Positions 1 through 17,664 of a stretch of 64,000 nt of DNA are shown here, one piece after another. Numbering within the stretch: position 1 is the stretch's first letter; the number at the start of each line of letters is the position of its first letter. A program made the translations under genes and the position numbers. This DNA is from the human T2T-CHM13v2.0 reference genome, Homo sapiens: positions 24,896,001-24,960,000 of the forward strand of contig CP086569.2 in assembly GCA_009914755.4 (NCBI GenBank), read 5' to 3'. A model generated the notes under the pieces. That model searched no databases and was not told where the DNA came from. It saw only the letters and a program-made list of their open reading frames with translations.

Positions 1-181
1 GTGTTGCATATATGCTTCTGCCAGTGGCTAGGAATAGTGGTCCTGCTGATGATTTCCTTTCCCTCAGAGAGTAAACCGTTGATACTCATACTTGCAAAAA
101 GTTGTAAGGCAGTTTTTAGGAGAGTTGCCAAAGATAATCCAGGATTACATTAACATTTGTGCTCAGCCATTTAGATGTGTC

Positions 182-195
182 AAAAGCCTCTATTT
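182..195. repeat. Target-site duplication, left copy (AAAGCCTCTATTTA), of the minus-strand L1 at 196-2956
   Basis: Near-identical 14-16 nt motif at 2957-2972 (AAAAGGCCTCTATTTA) on the other side of the L1. Confidence 0.6.
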
Positions 196-2956
<2,761 letters not shown>

Positions 2957-2972
2957 AAAAGGCCTCTATTTA
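2957..2972. repeat. Target-site duplication, right copy, of the L1 at 196-2956
   Basis: Matches 182-195. Confidence 0.6.
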
Positions 2973-3147
2973 AAGCAATTTTAAAAAGTTTAGCAGACCA
3001 TGAATACACACTCATATCAAGATAGGTACTTTGGTCACAGCAGTTGCTTTATTTGTATTATATATTGGAATTCTCAGTAATGCTTGTTTTGTAGGTGAAG
3101 GGAAGTCGGAGGAAGTCACAGAACCTTTATAAAACTTTTGGAATTGG

Positions 3148-3205
3148 CCTGTACATGGTGGATCATGCCTGTAATCTCAGCATTTTGGGAGGCTGAGGTG
3201 ATACA
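3148..3205 (+). mobile_element. Short Alu fragment (first ~55 nt of the left monomer)
   Basis: ggcctgtacatggtggatcatgcctgtaatctcagcattttgggaggctgaggtg matches the Alu 5' end; homology then stops. Confidence 0.6.
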
Positions 3206-4677
3206 CCAGTAAAGGCTGGCAATGGTCTCCTTGTTTCCTATAATGTCTTACTTTAAAATAGGCAATATCCATTGAATATCAGGTCATACAGCCTGTGCTA
3301 ATGGTGAGCACTTGAACCATTTTGTTCCATTCTGAATTATCTTTAAGCGAGTAATTGCCAATTTTTGTCTTGTGTCCTTGTGTGAAATAGCTACCAACAT
3401 TTTTACCCTACTTATTTGATTTTTAAAATAAACATGTTTGTTCAAGATTGTTTAAAATGAATGTTTGTTCAAGATTAATTTTTTAAGTGCTACCCAAAAC
3501 AGTTGTTTTTGTCCTATTTCCCCTGTTAGTATTGTGCAAACTAATATGATTTCTTAACCTGTTATACAGCACTCATATTGAAACAAACCAAATTCCAGAT
3601 CTGTGGGTGCAGAAAAATGTAAGACACATCTGGAAATCTGGGAGTCATTTCAACAAACATGTAATTTTCCATACAGATTTTTCTGCCCTCAATGAGCATA
3701 TAATCCCAAGGGTTATGTTGAAATCCAGCCAAAAGCAGCAGGATGAGTGACAGCAGGAAGATGTGGCTCAGCTGCACAACAGTGGCACATTGATAAGAGT
3801 CTTTTTTCCACACTAATGAAGTTGAGGTAGACACTAGTAATCCAAGTCCTGGGTGTGTATGAGTAAAGTTAAGTGACAAATTTCATGTGTGACAAATTTT
3901 TTGATGGAGCTGGAAGGAAAGTGGAGCATTAAGTAGGACCTTCAATGTGGGCTACAGATAAAAGTATTGCAGGCATGAAGGTTTGAAGGAGAGCACTCCT
4001 GGGGGCACATGGGTAGAACTGTTAGCTGATTGATAGGAGCTGATCATGAGGAAAGATAAGCTGGCAAAGCTGGGATCTTGCAGTAGATTTCCCTTGAAGG
4101 CTCCTTAACATAAGAACAATGAAATGAAATCAGTCTTAAAATCAGGCTCCCCTTAGCATGTGTATGTTAGTACTGAGTTGTTTATCTGCTTTCGTACTCC
4201 AAAAGTGATCCAGAAGAAATGTGCATATGAAGTTTTTTCCTCTTGCTATAGCCAGAAACTTCCCAGGATACTTCCTTTGGCATGGACATAGATACTGTCA
4301 ATCCCTGTTTTGCCCATGCTGTACTTGTGATCTTTAACTTTTCAGTCACTTTAACACTCCCTGGTTGTCAGTCCAGAGTTCCAGAAAGCACTGACTGCCC
4401 AGATTCCACCTTTCGCTGGGTACCACACTGGTGTGTTTCCCTACTTATCAGTTTACTACTCTACATGACATGTTTATTGTGAGAAAACTTACATGGTGGT
4501 GTCATAATATAAAAGTGAAAACAGGTTTGTACAGAAACATAAATAGTTTTCTTCTAAGACAAGAAACAGTATAAATATTTTATCTTCAGCTAGGAAACTT
4601 TTCCCAATGATGAAAATTAACAAAAATATTTATTTGATTGTAATGGAATTGTAATTTTCTATCCTCTACTCAGCACA

Positions 4678-4880
4678 TTGTAATTGTTACAGAAGTTATT
4701 AAATGTACATTTGTCTATTCTCCAAGTTCTGTAGTTAGCCTTTTTCTATAATCCGAACTTTCTCTATGGAAAAGCTTTCCATTCATAGCTCAAGTCTAGC
4801 TAAATATATGACATAATGTATGGAGCAACTTCTGCACCACTGGGAACCACACTTCCTTCAAACTATGGAGCATCATCTCT
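4678..4880. repeat. Diverged ~200-bp repeat, copy 1 (pairs with 5536-5740, same orientation, ~75% identity)
   Basis: Shared blocks: tgtcttttctccaagttc(a/t)gtagttagcctttttct..aactttctctatggaaa and tatg(g/a)agcaact. Either two copies of an unidentified ancient interspersed repeat or an old local duplication. Confidence 0.5.
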
Positions 4881-5535
4881 GGTTCTTCTGTCCAAGGTGG
4901 CTCTGCAGCTGCTTCTCACTGCTCCTGCTGCTACACTCAACACCTGCTTTGTTCTTCTATCATTTTCTATTGTATTTTTTATTAAATATTTCCAGATGGC
5001 AATATTGAGTGAGGCCAGGAAGAGAAATGTTTTGATGTAATTTTTCAAAACTCCCCTCCCTATGTGAAAGCCACCTCCCCTCACCCAGCATGTCCTTTGA
5101 TACCCCCATCACTCCCCAGTTGCAGGTCTCATCCACATTCATTCCAAGCTTCAGTTAACTTCCATAGAATCAGATAGTCACCAATTGCACAGAATATGAA
5201 CATCCACAAGAGGCCACAATTTGCTTTATCAAGTCTGATCATTGCAGCAAGGATTTTTTTGAAACAAACACAAAAAACCTCGAGAGCAATTCACTAAACA
5301 ATGTTCCGTATTAGAGGAGACACTAAGTAAATACATGGCCTAATAAAGATGTCTTGATTCACCCTCTGACAAAGTACAATCCTTCTTAGTATTTCCTTTG
5401 AAAGTGATAAAATTAGCTTGTGTCTTGTGTTAAAAAGGAATGGATTAACTTGAACTAGAAGACTTTCCAGAGGGGTCAAGAATGTGACACAAATATTAAC
5501 TATCCCATTAGTGGAATTGTCAGTTTGTATCCTCC

Positions 5536-5740
5536 ACACACACGTTATAATTGTTAAATCAGTTATCAAATGCAAATTTGTCTTTTCTCCAAGTTCAGTA
5601 GTTAGCCTTTTTCTGAAAACTGAACTCTGTATGGAAAGATTTTTTAGTCATAGACAGCTCGAATTTAGCTGCGTGTGTGACAGACTGTATGAAGCAACTC
5701 TTTTACTACTATTGGCCCTTCATCCTCCTGGGGCTGTGAA
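5536..5740. repeat. Diverged ~200-bp repeat, copy 2
   Basis: See copy 1 at 4678-4880. Confidence 0.5.
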
Positions 5741-6689
5741 ACATGATCTATTGTGGTAGAAGTTCATTAATGGCACACAAATGATGAGTAATTGCTAGCG
5801 AGAGTAATCCTAATGATATGTAGAATGAAAATAAAAAATGTGAAGTAATTTTGGAAAGGATAAAGAAGTAAATTAAATAAGAATGCATTGCAAATACATT
5901 AGATTCATATCTAACATTATTGCTTTAGGAAATCGTTATCTTTCACCAAGAATAGAATGCTAATTGTATAAAAATCATATACATACAAAAGTATTTTCCC
6001 ATTTTTCCAGGAAAAAAATCTGAGTATAAATTCTAGAGTAGTCAAGTTTCTTATTTTAATTATAATTTAAGTTTTGGTCATCTCATTTATTAGCTCTCTA
6101 TTTGCATATGTAAATCAAGCAATGTTTTCAGAAAACCATTACAATTTATAAATGTAAGGTGCCATTATTGAGAAAATATATTCCTCCATGAGTGAATGTG
6201 TCCCTTCTCCCACCCACTAATGATACAATAATATAGACTCACTGAATTGTATTAGTAAAGTAATACACTGCTACAAACACTAATTCTCTTCTCCAAGTAC
6301 GTGTTGATTTTCTTTATACATGTGAGTTGGTTAGAATGCATCTGCCTTATCTCTAACACTCAACAGAAAGATGAGCAAGGCTTGGGGTTTAGGTGAAGGT
6401 CGACCATGCCTTTGTGCATCAAGTGATCTGACATATCCTCAGTTGCACGAATGTTTTGAAACCCTTCCTCAAAGGCTGCTGCTGCATTTGTGGCATCTTT
6501 TGCACTTTTGACAAAGTAAGGATAGTCACTGTTCTCACTGCATAAGCTTCACTTCTTCTATGAACACCTGCCATTGGATTATGCCAGTCTAGGAATCCAG
6601 AATCACAAAAGGAACGCTCTCGGGTTCTTCTACCTCTGCATAACTTATGAACTCTTTCTTCCAGTTAGTTAAGTTCTGGAACCTTGTAA

Positions 6690-9775
<3,086 letters not shown>

Positions 9776-9793
9776 AGAATGTCTGTAAAATGG
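9776..9793. repeat. Target-site duplication, right copy, of the L1 at 6741-9775
   Basis: Identical to 6723-6740. Confidence 0.9.
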
Positions 9794-10545
9794 CATCCTC
9801 AGGCTTTGCAATATCTCTTGACCTGCCATGCCACAAATGTGCATGGTAAAAAAAAATGTCCATCCCTTTCAAATCTTATTTAAAATGTTCACATCTATTG
9901 CATGGAACAGTAGAGTATCAAACTTATCCATTACATATCTGTTCATAAACGAACTCCTCCCAATCCCACCATTTCCAAAGAGAATTACTTTAAGAAGTGA
10001 TTAATTTCCTTCCACTGTTCATCTCAAGGGCTTCAAGAGCCCTAGAAAATAAAAAAGGTACCATAACATTCCTTTTTACCTACCTATTCTTCTATATGAG
10101 TCTATGAATATCAGCATTTAGCTGAAATAAAACATAGCCCTAGGGAATATGTAATAATAAGACTTGTTGTTTACTGAGCATGTAGCCGTGAGCAGGGTAC
10201 TATACTACCATGATTCTCTAAAACGACTAAAAAGGGTTTACTCTTCCCCTTTCTCAGGTCACAGTTGACTGTGAAGCTGGCACTTTAGCCTAAATGTGAC
10301 ATCAAAGCTCTTGTTATGAACAGTGAATCTATGATAAGCCCCTCTCTGCTCATACTAAGCTCCACTACAGTTTGGTTAGAGATGGATAAAAGACCAAAGT
10401 TTGTAGGTTTCTGAAACAGCAAGGTTCATGCTTTAGGGAGTATATTTATGACAAATGTAATAGAAGTTAGTGTTGAGAGAACAGAAAACTGTATAGTTAT
10501 GTCTTGGCCAAAAAGAAGAGCAAGGTTTAAGCTGTACATTTTGAT

Positions 10546-10868
10546 CTACGCCTGTAATCCCAGCTCTTTGGGAGGCCAAGATGGGTGGATCACAAGGTCA
10601 GGAGTTTGAGACAAACATGAAAAACATACTGAAACCCTATTTCTACTAAATATACAAAAATTAGCCAGGTGTGATGGTGTGCACCTGTAAACTTAGATAC
10701 TCAGGAGGCTGAGGCAGGAGAATCCCTTTAATCCGGGAGGAGAAGGTTGCAGTGAGTCAAGATCATACCCCTGCACTCCAGCTTGGGTAATAGAGCAAGA
10801 CTCCATCACAAACAAACAAACAAGCAAACACACAAACAAACAAGCAAACACACAAACAAACAAGCAAA
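10546..10868 (+). mobile_element. Alu (plus strand, ~15 nt 5'-truncated) with a (CAAA)n/(CAAG)n-type tail at 10810-10868
   Basis: gcctgtaatcccagctctttgggaggccaag...gcactccagcttgggtaatagagcaagactccatcacaaacaaacaaacaagcaaaca. Confidence 0.95.
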
Positions 10869-10870
10869 GT

Positions 10871-12179
10871 AGTTTTAGTCTTTTCACATAGTCCCATAAT
10901 TCTTGGAGACTTTGTTTCTTCCTTTTTATTCCATTTTTCTAATCTTTTCTTCATGCTTTATGGCATTAACTTGATCTTCAATCTCTGTGCTGTGTTTTTC
11001 AGCTCCATCATGTTGTTCATGTTTTTCTCTAAGATGGTTATTCCAGTAAGCAATTCCCTGACCTTTTTTTGAGGTTCTTAGCTTCCTGGCTTTGGGTTAA
11101 AACATTATCCTTTATCTCAGAAGAGTTTGTTGTTACCCACCTTCTGAAGCCTACTTCTGTCAATTCCTCAAACTCATTCTCTATTCAGTTTTGTTTTCTT
11201 GCTGGTGAGGAATTGTGATCTTTTGGAGGAGAAGGGGCATTCTCGTTTTTGGAATTTTCTGCCTTTTTGCACTTGTTGTTGTTGTTGTTTTATCTTTGTG
11301 CATTGATATTCCTTTGGTCTTTCACGTTGGTGAGTTTTGAATAGGTTTTTTTTTTTTTTTTTGGAAATCTTTTTAGTAGATGTTGATACTGTGCCTTTCT
11401 CTTACTAGTTTTCATTCTAACAGTCAGGCCCTTCTGCTGCAGATGTGCTGGACTTTGCTGCAGGTCCACTTCTGACCATTTTCGTCTGTGTATCGCTATC
11501 AGAGAATGCAGAAAAGCAAAGATTGCTGCCTATTCCTTCCTCTGAAAGCTTCATCCCAGAGGGGCAGCCTCCAGGTGCCAGTCAGAGCACTCCTGTATGA
11601 AGTGTCTGTCGATACCTGCTGAGAGGAGTCCGCCAGTCAAGAGGCATGGGATTTATGGATCTGCTTGAGGAGACAGTCTGTTGGAGATCTGCAGCTTTCT
11701 ACAGAGCCAGCAGGCAGGAAGGTTTAAGTCTGCTGAAGCTGCACCTACAGCCACTCCTTCCCCCAGATGCTCTGTTTCAGGGAGATAGAAGTTTTATCTA
11801 TAAGCCCCTAACTGGGGCTGCTGCCATTCTTTCAGAGATGACCTGACCAGAGAGGAGGAATCTAGGGAGGCAGTGTGGCTACAGCAGCTTGGCTGAGCTG
11901 CAGTGACTTCCCAGTGGCTTTGTTTACACTGTGAAGGGAAAACCACCAACTCGAGCCTCAGTATTGGCAGGTGCCCCTGTCCCCAGCAATCTGAAGCATC
12001 CCAGATTAACTTCAGACTACTGCACTGGCAGCAAGGATTTCAAGGCAGTGGATTTTAGCTTGCTGGGCTCCATGGGCATGACATCCACTGAGCTAGATAA
12101 CTTGGCATCCTGGCTTCTCCCCCCTGTCAAGGGAGTGAACCATTCTGTCTTTCTGGCATTTCAGGTGCCACTGGGGCAC

Positions 12180-12180
<1 letters not shown>
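10871..12180 (-). mobile_element. LINE-1 fragment, minus strand: complete 5'UTR of an older L1PA/L1PB-type subfamily plus the N-terminal part of ORF1 (~1.3 kb). Its 5' end lies at 12180, directly abutting a poly(A) tract
   Basis: The reverse complement reads ...cctgcagcaaagtccagcacatctgcagcagaagggcctgactgttagaatgaaaactagtaagagaaagg... then ORF1-like ...gaatgagtttgaggaattgacagaagtaggcttcagaagg...gatggagctgaaaaacacagcacagag...gtctccaagaattatgggactatgtgaaaagac. These are homologous to the L1 5'UTR end and ORF1. Confidence 0.85.

Positions 12181-12213
<33 letters not shown>
12181..12213 (+). repeat. Poly(A) tract, 33 nt
   Basis: Uninterrupted A33 immediately 3' (on the plus strand) of the inverted L1 5' end. 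Confidence 0.95.
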
Positions 12214-12217
<4 letters not shown>

Positions 12218-12837
12218 TCAAGCTAGCTCAGTGTCTTCCCAAACCAATTTTTAAATTTTTAATCAAAATGTACATTTTTATATCTTTTTACAATTTTTTT
12301 ATTGTTTTTATACACCTTGCATGAAAATTAATGTTTAGCACTTTTGATTACATGTTATAATGAAATTTTAGCAATTTTTAACTTTATGTAAAACGTGTTA
12401 AGTTGTTTTGTTTGTTTTTCCTGTAAATGGCAGTAACACTAAACCTTTCCCCTTGGTACAATTGAATAATATATTTTTACATTCTCGTACTTAACAATTA
12501 GCATTTCTGGGAAGCTGGATTTGCTATAAAGGTATTTTGAAAAATGTCTGTTTTGTTCTAAATGTCCCCAGACAATAGACAGAGACCCGGAATCCTCTTT
12601 ATGAAAGAGGACAGTTACACTGAGAAAGCACTACATGTCCCCAAGGTTTCCTCTAGCTTAGTCCTATTGGTCGTTCGAAGAACTCGACAGCAGGCTGGAC
12701 TTTCTCCAGTACCAAGAGAAAGCCAGGAAAAGGTAGATCTTACCAGACGACTGAATTAGTGTTGTCTGTTGGATGTTCCACTTGGAATTGTCAAAGGGAC
12801 TCCAAGACTGGAGCTATATGAGGAACAGAGAGTAAGA

Positions 12838-12838
12838 G

Positions 12839-12891
<53 letters not shown>

Positions 12892-12955
12892 AAGGGAGAG
12901 AGAGAGAGAGAGAAAGGGAGAGAGAGAGGAAGAGAGAGAGAAGAGGAAAGAGGGA
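12838..12955. repeat. (GA)n microsatellite, ~118 bp, slightly interrupted
   Basis: gagagagagagagagag... with scattered AAGG/GGAA interruptions. Confidence 0.95.
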
Positions 12956-14675
12956 GCCAGTGTTAGGGGTGGATTCCTGAGACTTGAGGGTTTTATAGAC
13001 CTGGCCTGAGCCTTGCAGTTTCCTTCAGGTCATTTGTCCTTCTCACACAAACTGCTTGAAGAGTAAAATGAAAGAAAAGTTGGGGCAGGTGGCCAGAGAC
13101 ACTCAGGATCCAGGAGTTAACTTAGGATAAGCTGCCACTGCCCACAGCTTCCTGGGATCCAACGGGGCCTCTACCCCCAACACTGGTCCTGGGTTTCAGC
13201 ACCAAATGTAAAAATTAAAGAAAGAGGTGAGAAACCCAAAGGGCAGCATGACTGTCAACAAGGACAGGTTTATTTTGAATCAACCTGAGAGGGGTGGCTG
13301 GCCAGGTTAAGTCAGAGCCACATTCTCTTAACAGACTAAGAGATTTTCAAGATTCAGTCTCAGAGAGTTTGTCAGAGTCTTGGACGGCTTCTGTGTCTCT
13401 TTGTTGTGGTTATCTGACAGAGAGAGCTGTGGGTCTGTTTTCATACATCTTTCTGGAGTTGCAGGCATATTTCCCATGTCTGCTTCTAGCTTCCTTATCT
13501 TACTGCACCTGAAGGGAAAGGAATGTGCTTACTATTTGTAGTTAGAAGACAAGTGATTTCCTTGAAATGCATGAGGCTAAAAAGAGAGTTGGATGTTAAA
13601 GTGGTGATATTTGTTCAAGATGAAGGTGCTCCTGTTCCATCAATTTCTAGTCAGGTAATTGCACAACCATTAGTTTTTTTCTTTGTTTGTTTGTTTTGGA
13701 GTAATTATATACTTAGAAGTAAATTCTGTTGTCTGTAAATTCAAATCAGCAAATTTATATGGCTCTATTTGATGTATTTGCCTTACACAAATGCATGCTT
13801 TATATTATAGAAACATTATAACACCTGTGAGTTTTAAAAGTTATTTTATGGTAATGAAGAGTGATTTCTTGGCCCTCTGAAAAACAAGATTAAATTATTT
13901 TGTGTATTGAATATTCACAGTTATTAAGGAAATCCCCAAGGTTTATTTTTTTAAATTAACTTTTCATTAAATTGAAGGGTATTTTAGTAAAAACACTGTA
14001 ACATAAAATTAAAATTAGTGATAATACGAATAATTAAATGACTTTAATTATTCTGTTGAAGTTGTGGAAGTGTTGTTGTTATTTTAATTAGAACAGCATA
14101 CAAAATCTACAAAAAAATTTACCAAAGCTCTTTATTTTCTCTCTCAAATAGGAATTTGTATTTAATAATTTTCTGTGTGAGATGTTTGCTCTTTATAAGA
14201 ACAGGACTCTTTATTCAAATAGAAGCTGTTTTGTAATCTTGATTCTATTACACCAATGAATACTTATTTTTCACAGAAATGTAACAACTTGAACAAGGGT
14301 GATCAGTTACTAAGAGGAGTATTTAATCTCCTGAGAAGAAAATATACAGAGCATAGCTATTATATTTACAGAAATATATTTAACTGTTTGTAACATATGC
14401 CAGTTTAGGTAAGATATTTTCATAATTTTATGTCAATTAGGTTTTTATTTTAAAATATTAAATGAGAAGCACATTTTAATCATTATAATATGTAAAGCAT
14501 CCTAAAGTACAAGCAATATTCCATATACATACATACATATACATATAAATATATATAAATGCATCCCAAATCTGTGTAACTTTAATGTATTTCATGTATT
14601 CTCAGGTTATTTATGCACTTGTTTCATTTTTCTGGTAATCTTTAAGTTTAGATATTGTACCTGATTGATGTTGTC

Positions 14676-14693
14676 TTTCTCTCTCTCTCTCTC
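14676..14693. repeat. (CT)n microsatellite adjoining an Alu poly-T
   Basis: ctttctctctctctctctc. Confidence 0.8.
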
Positions 14694-14960
<267 letters not shown>

Positions 14961-16597
14961 AGACGTTATCTCTTAGTATTGCTTTTTGAAAACTACTGGC
15001 TTCCAGGTCATATGCCACACTATCTAAATCAGAATTTCTAGAACTTGGAAAAGGAATCTATATCCTTAAGGGATCTCAACTGGTCATTTTGTTTGTCAGT
15101 TTTAAAAATGTCTTCTATGAGAAACTTTTAGAACGTATGTGTGTTTTTGTTAAAATAAAGTAAAATAAACAGTTACAATGTAAATAAATAATTTACTTAA
15201 ATTTTTTGTTGATGTTAACATAAATTAAGAAATGTGATTTTCACTAAATCTCTCTTAGGGTAGCCTGATTTTTCTCACATCAACCTATTGCACAGTAGTA
15301 CTAAAGGCATTGATAGATTGTCAAAAATGTAAAACAAAAATATTTGTACTGTTTTCAGTGTTAGGGCAACATTTCAAAGTTACTAATTTATGGATATAGT
15401 TAAAATTTAATTACTATTAAATTTTACATTTATATGTGATGTTGATAAATATTATGTCACACATATGAATGATTGACTCAGACAATTAGGATTTCACTTC
15501 ATGTAACTTGTTAAAGTCACAAACATTTTACTATCAAAACTAAGTTCTATGGTCACACATTCCTGTAATGAAAGTGTTATTTTATTTACCTTCAAGAGGA
15601 AACAAATTTGACCCTTTACTCTTCCTGCTCTGATCATCTCTGTGCTTTCTTTTTTCTCATCCTTGCCTGACTACATCTGAGATGCTGGGATACTTTTAGT
15701 AGAGTAGGAGCATATATTCAAATATAAATACAATATTTATTTTAAATGTAAAAATATAAAACTTAAGAACTCAAAAAAAATTTGTTTTGCACAATTTAAC
15801 TTGAGATTTCAGTGGCTCATACACAACACATGATTGGTTTATAATATAACCTAAGTGTAATTTTAATTGACAAGATTCATTATACATTTATACATCTGAA
15901 GGCATTTAGGCAGTGTGTTTTAGGTTTTAGGAATTTTTGAATTTGAGGAAACTGAGTCAACACATTTGCAACACATTGTGTACTATTCCTTGTGAGGCCC
16001 CAAAGGTACCCAAGAATCAAACATACTAATGTTTCTATGAAGAGAAATGAATATTCCCTTTAAGGATGAAGGGTACATGAATGAAGACTTAATAGCTTCC
16101 CTCAATTAAGTCTTTATTACATCAGAAATCAAATTACATACCAACCTTATTTTTAAAAGCCTTGCTTAATTGAGCATTTTGAATTTCAGATAAAGTGTTT
16201 TGAATCTGTCTTAATTATGATTTTGAAAATACAGTACTGAATAAACAGCCCAGGTGGGATACAAAGCTTCATAATAAACAAGAAAAATACAAAGTGACCT
16301 GCTGCCTGTTGTAGGGAGTATATGACTTAGATTTGGAGGTAAAAAGCATCTTGCAGTAAAAAATACTTGCTTTGTTAAGCTTTTTTTTTTCTAAATAGCT
16401 AGTTGGTACAGACTTAGTATTGACATAACTTGACTTTTTAGCAATTATGTGCGATATTCAGTGTGACTTGATAAACCATTAGAGGATCACAAAAGGCATA
16501 AATTAGTAACATCTCACTGGCTATAGCATAGAAAGTTTCACAATAAACCACAGTAAGAAAGTATTCAAAATTATGTGTAGAAAAAGATTGTGGGTAC

Positions 16598-16668
16598 TCT
16601 GTATTATGTAACTAACCTGCACATTGTGCACAAGTACCCTAAAACTTAAAGTATAATAAAAAAGAAAA
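16598..16668 (+). mobile_element. Isolated L1 3'-end fragment (~70 bp)
   Basis: tatgtaactaacctgcacattgtgcacaagtaccctaaaacttaaagtataataaaaaag. Confidence 0.85.
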
Positions 16669-17133
16669 ACTGGCAATGTGGAACATATGTGTGGACAGAT
16701 TCACGAGCTCTTTATGAGTTACAATAGGTAGGTGTTGGTAATTGGATATTTGAGGAAGTGGAATAGGAAAGAGATGTTAACACCTATGTCTCTTGTGTGA
16801 TTTGATATGCTGAGGGAATAGTAATGCAATTTACTGATAGAAAGAAAAGAATCTGAGCGGATTGTGATTTAGAAGCATATGGGAGATCAAATAGAAAATT
16901 GTAATGGGGAGTTGGATACCTATGTCCAGAATTTGGAATCATCTAAAACAATACATGTGTTACTACAGATGTAACAATGAAAAAAAGTCATAGAAAGGAA
17001 TGTCATTGAATGGAAACTTTTTTAAAAAAAGTTAATGTTATCATGGTAGATAACATTAAGTTATCCAAAAACAATCCATAGCCTCTATAAGTAGTTAGTT
17101 TAACTTGTATGTAAGAAGGAGAGTTTTTGTTTG

Positions 17134-17337
17134 TTTGTTTGTTTTTTTGAGGGAGTCTCACTCTGTCACCCAGACTGGAGGGCAGGAACGCAATCTCGGC
17201 TCACTGAAACCTCCGCTTCCTGGGTTCAAGCAATTCTGTGTGTCACCCTCCTGAGTAGCTGGGATTACAAGTGTCCACCACCACACCTGGATAATTTTAT
17301 ATTTTTAGAAGAGATGGGGTTTCACAACCTTGGCCAA
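17134..17337 (-). mobile_element. Alu (minus strand), truncated at its Alu-5' side
   Basis: (TTTG)n/T-rich tail then gagggagtctcactctgtcacccagactggagggcag...gcctcctgagtagctgggattacaagtgtccaccaccacacctgg. Confidence 0.9.
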
Positions 17338-17582
17338 ATTGGTTTTGAGAAAAATTATAATTTTAAAAAACTGTGGTTACACTCAAGACAGATCTTTAGC
17401 CTTCTTCTAGAATTCTTAGCTGTGTCATCTGCAGTAAAATAAGACTAAGATTGACCAGAATTAGTTACCCAACTCTGCTAGGAGATTAAAAGTTTTATTG
17501 TTATAGGATTGTAGAAACAAATCATAGTATATAACTGGAAACTCTATACACACACGCCCCCCCAAACACAAAATCATACACA

Positions 17583-17664
17583 ATTTTCACTCAATAGACA
17601 TTATAATAAGCATACTAAAAAACCTGATTTTCACTCAATAGACATTATAATAAGCATACTGAAA
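17583..17664. repeat. Tandem duplication, ~41 bp x 2
   Basis: ttttcactcaatagacattataataagcatactaaaaaacctga / ttttcactcaatagacattataataagcatactgaaaacctga. Confidence 0.9.
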
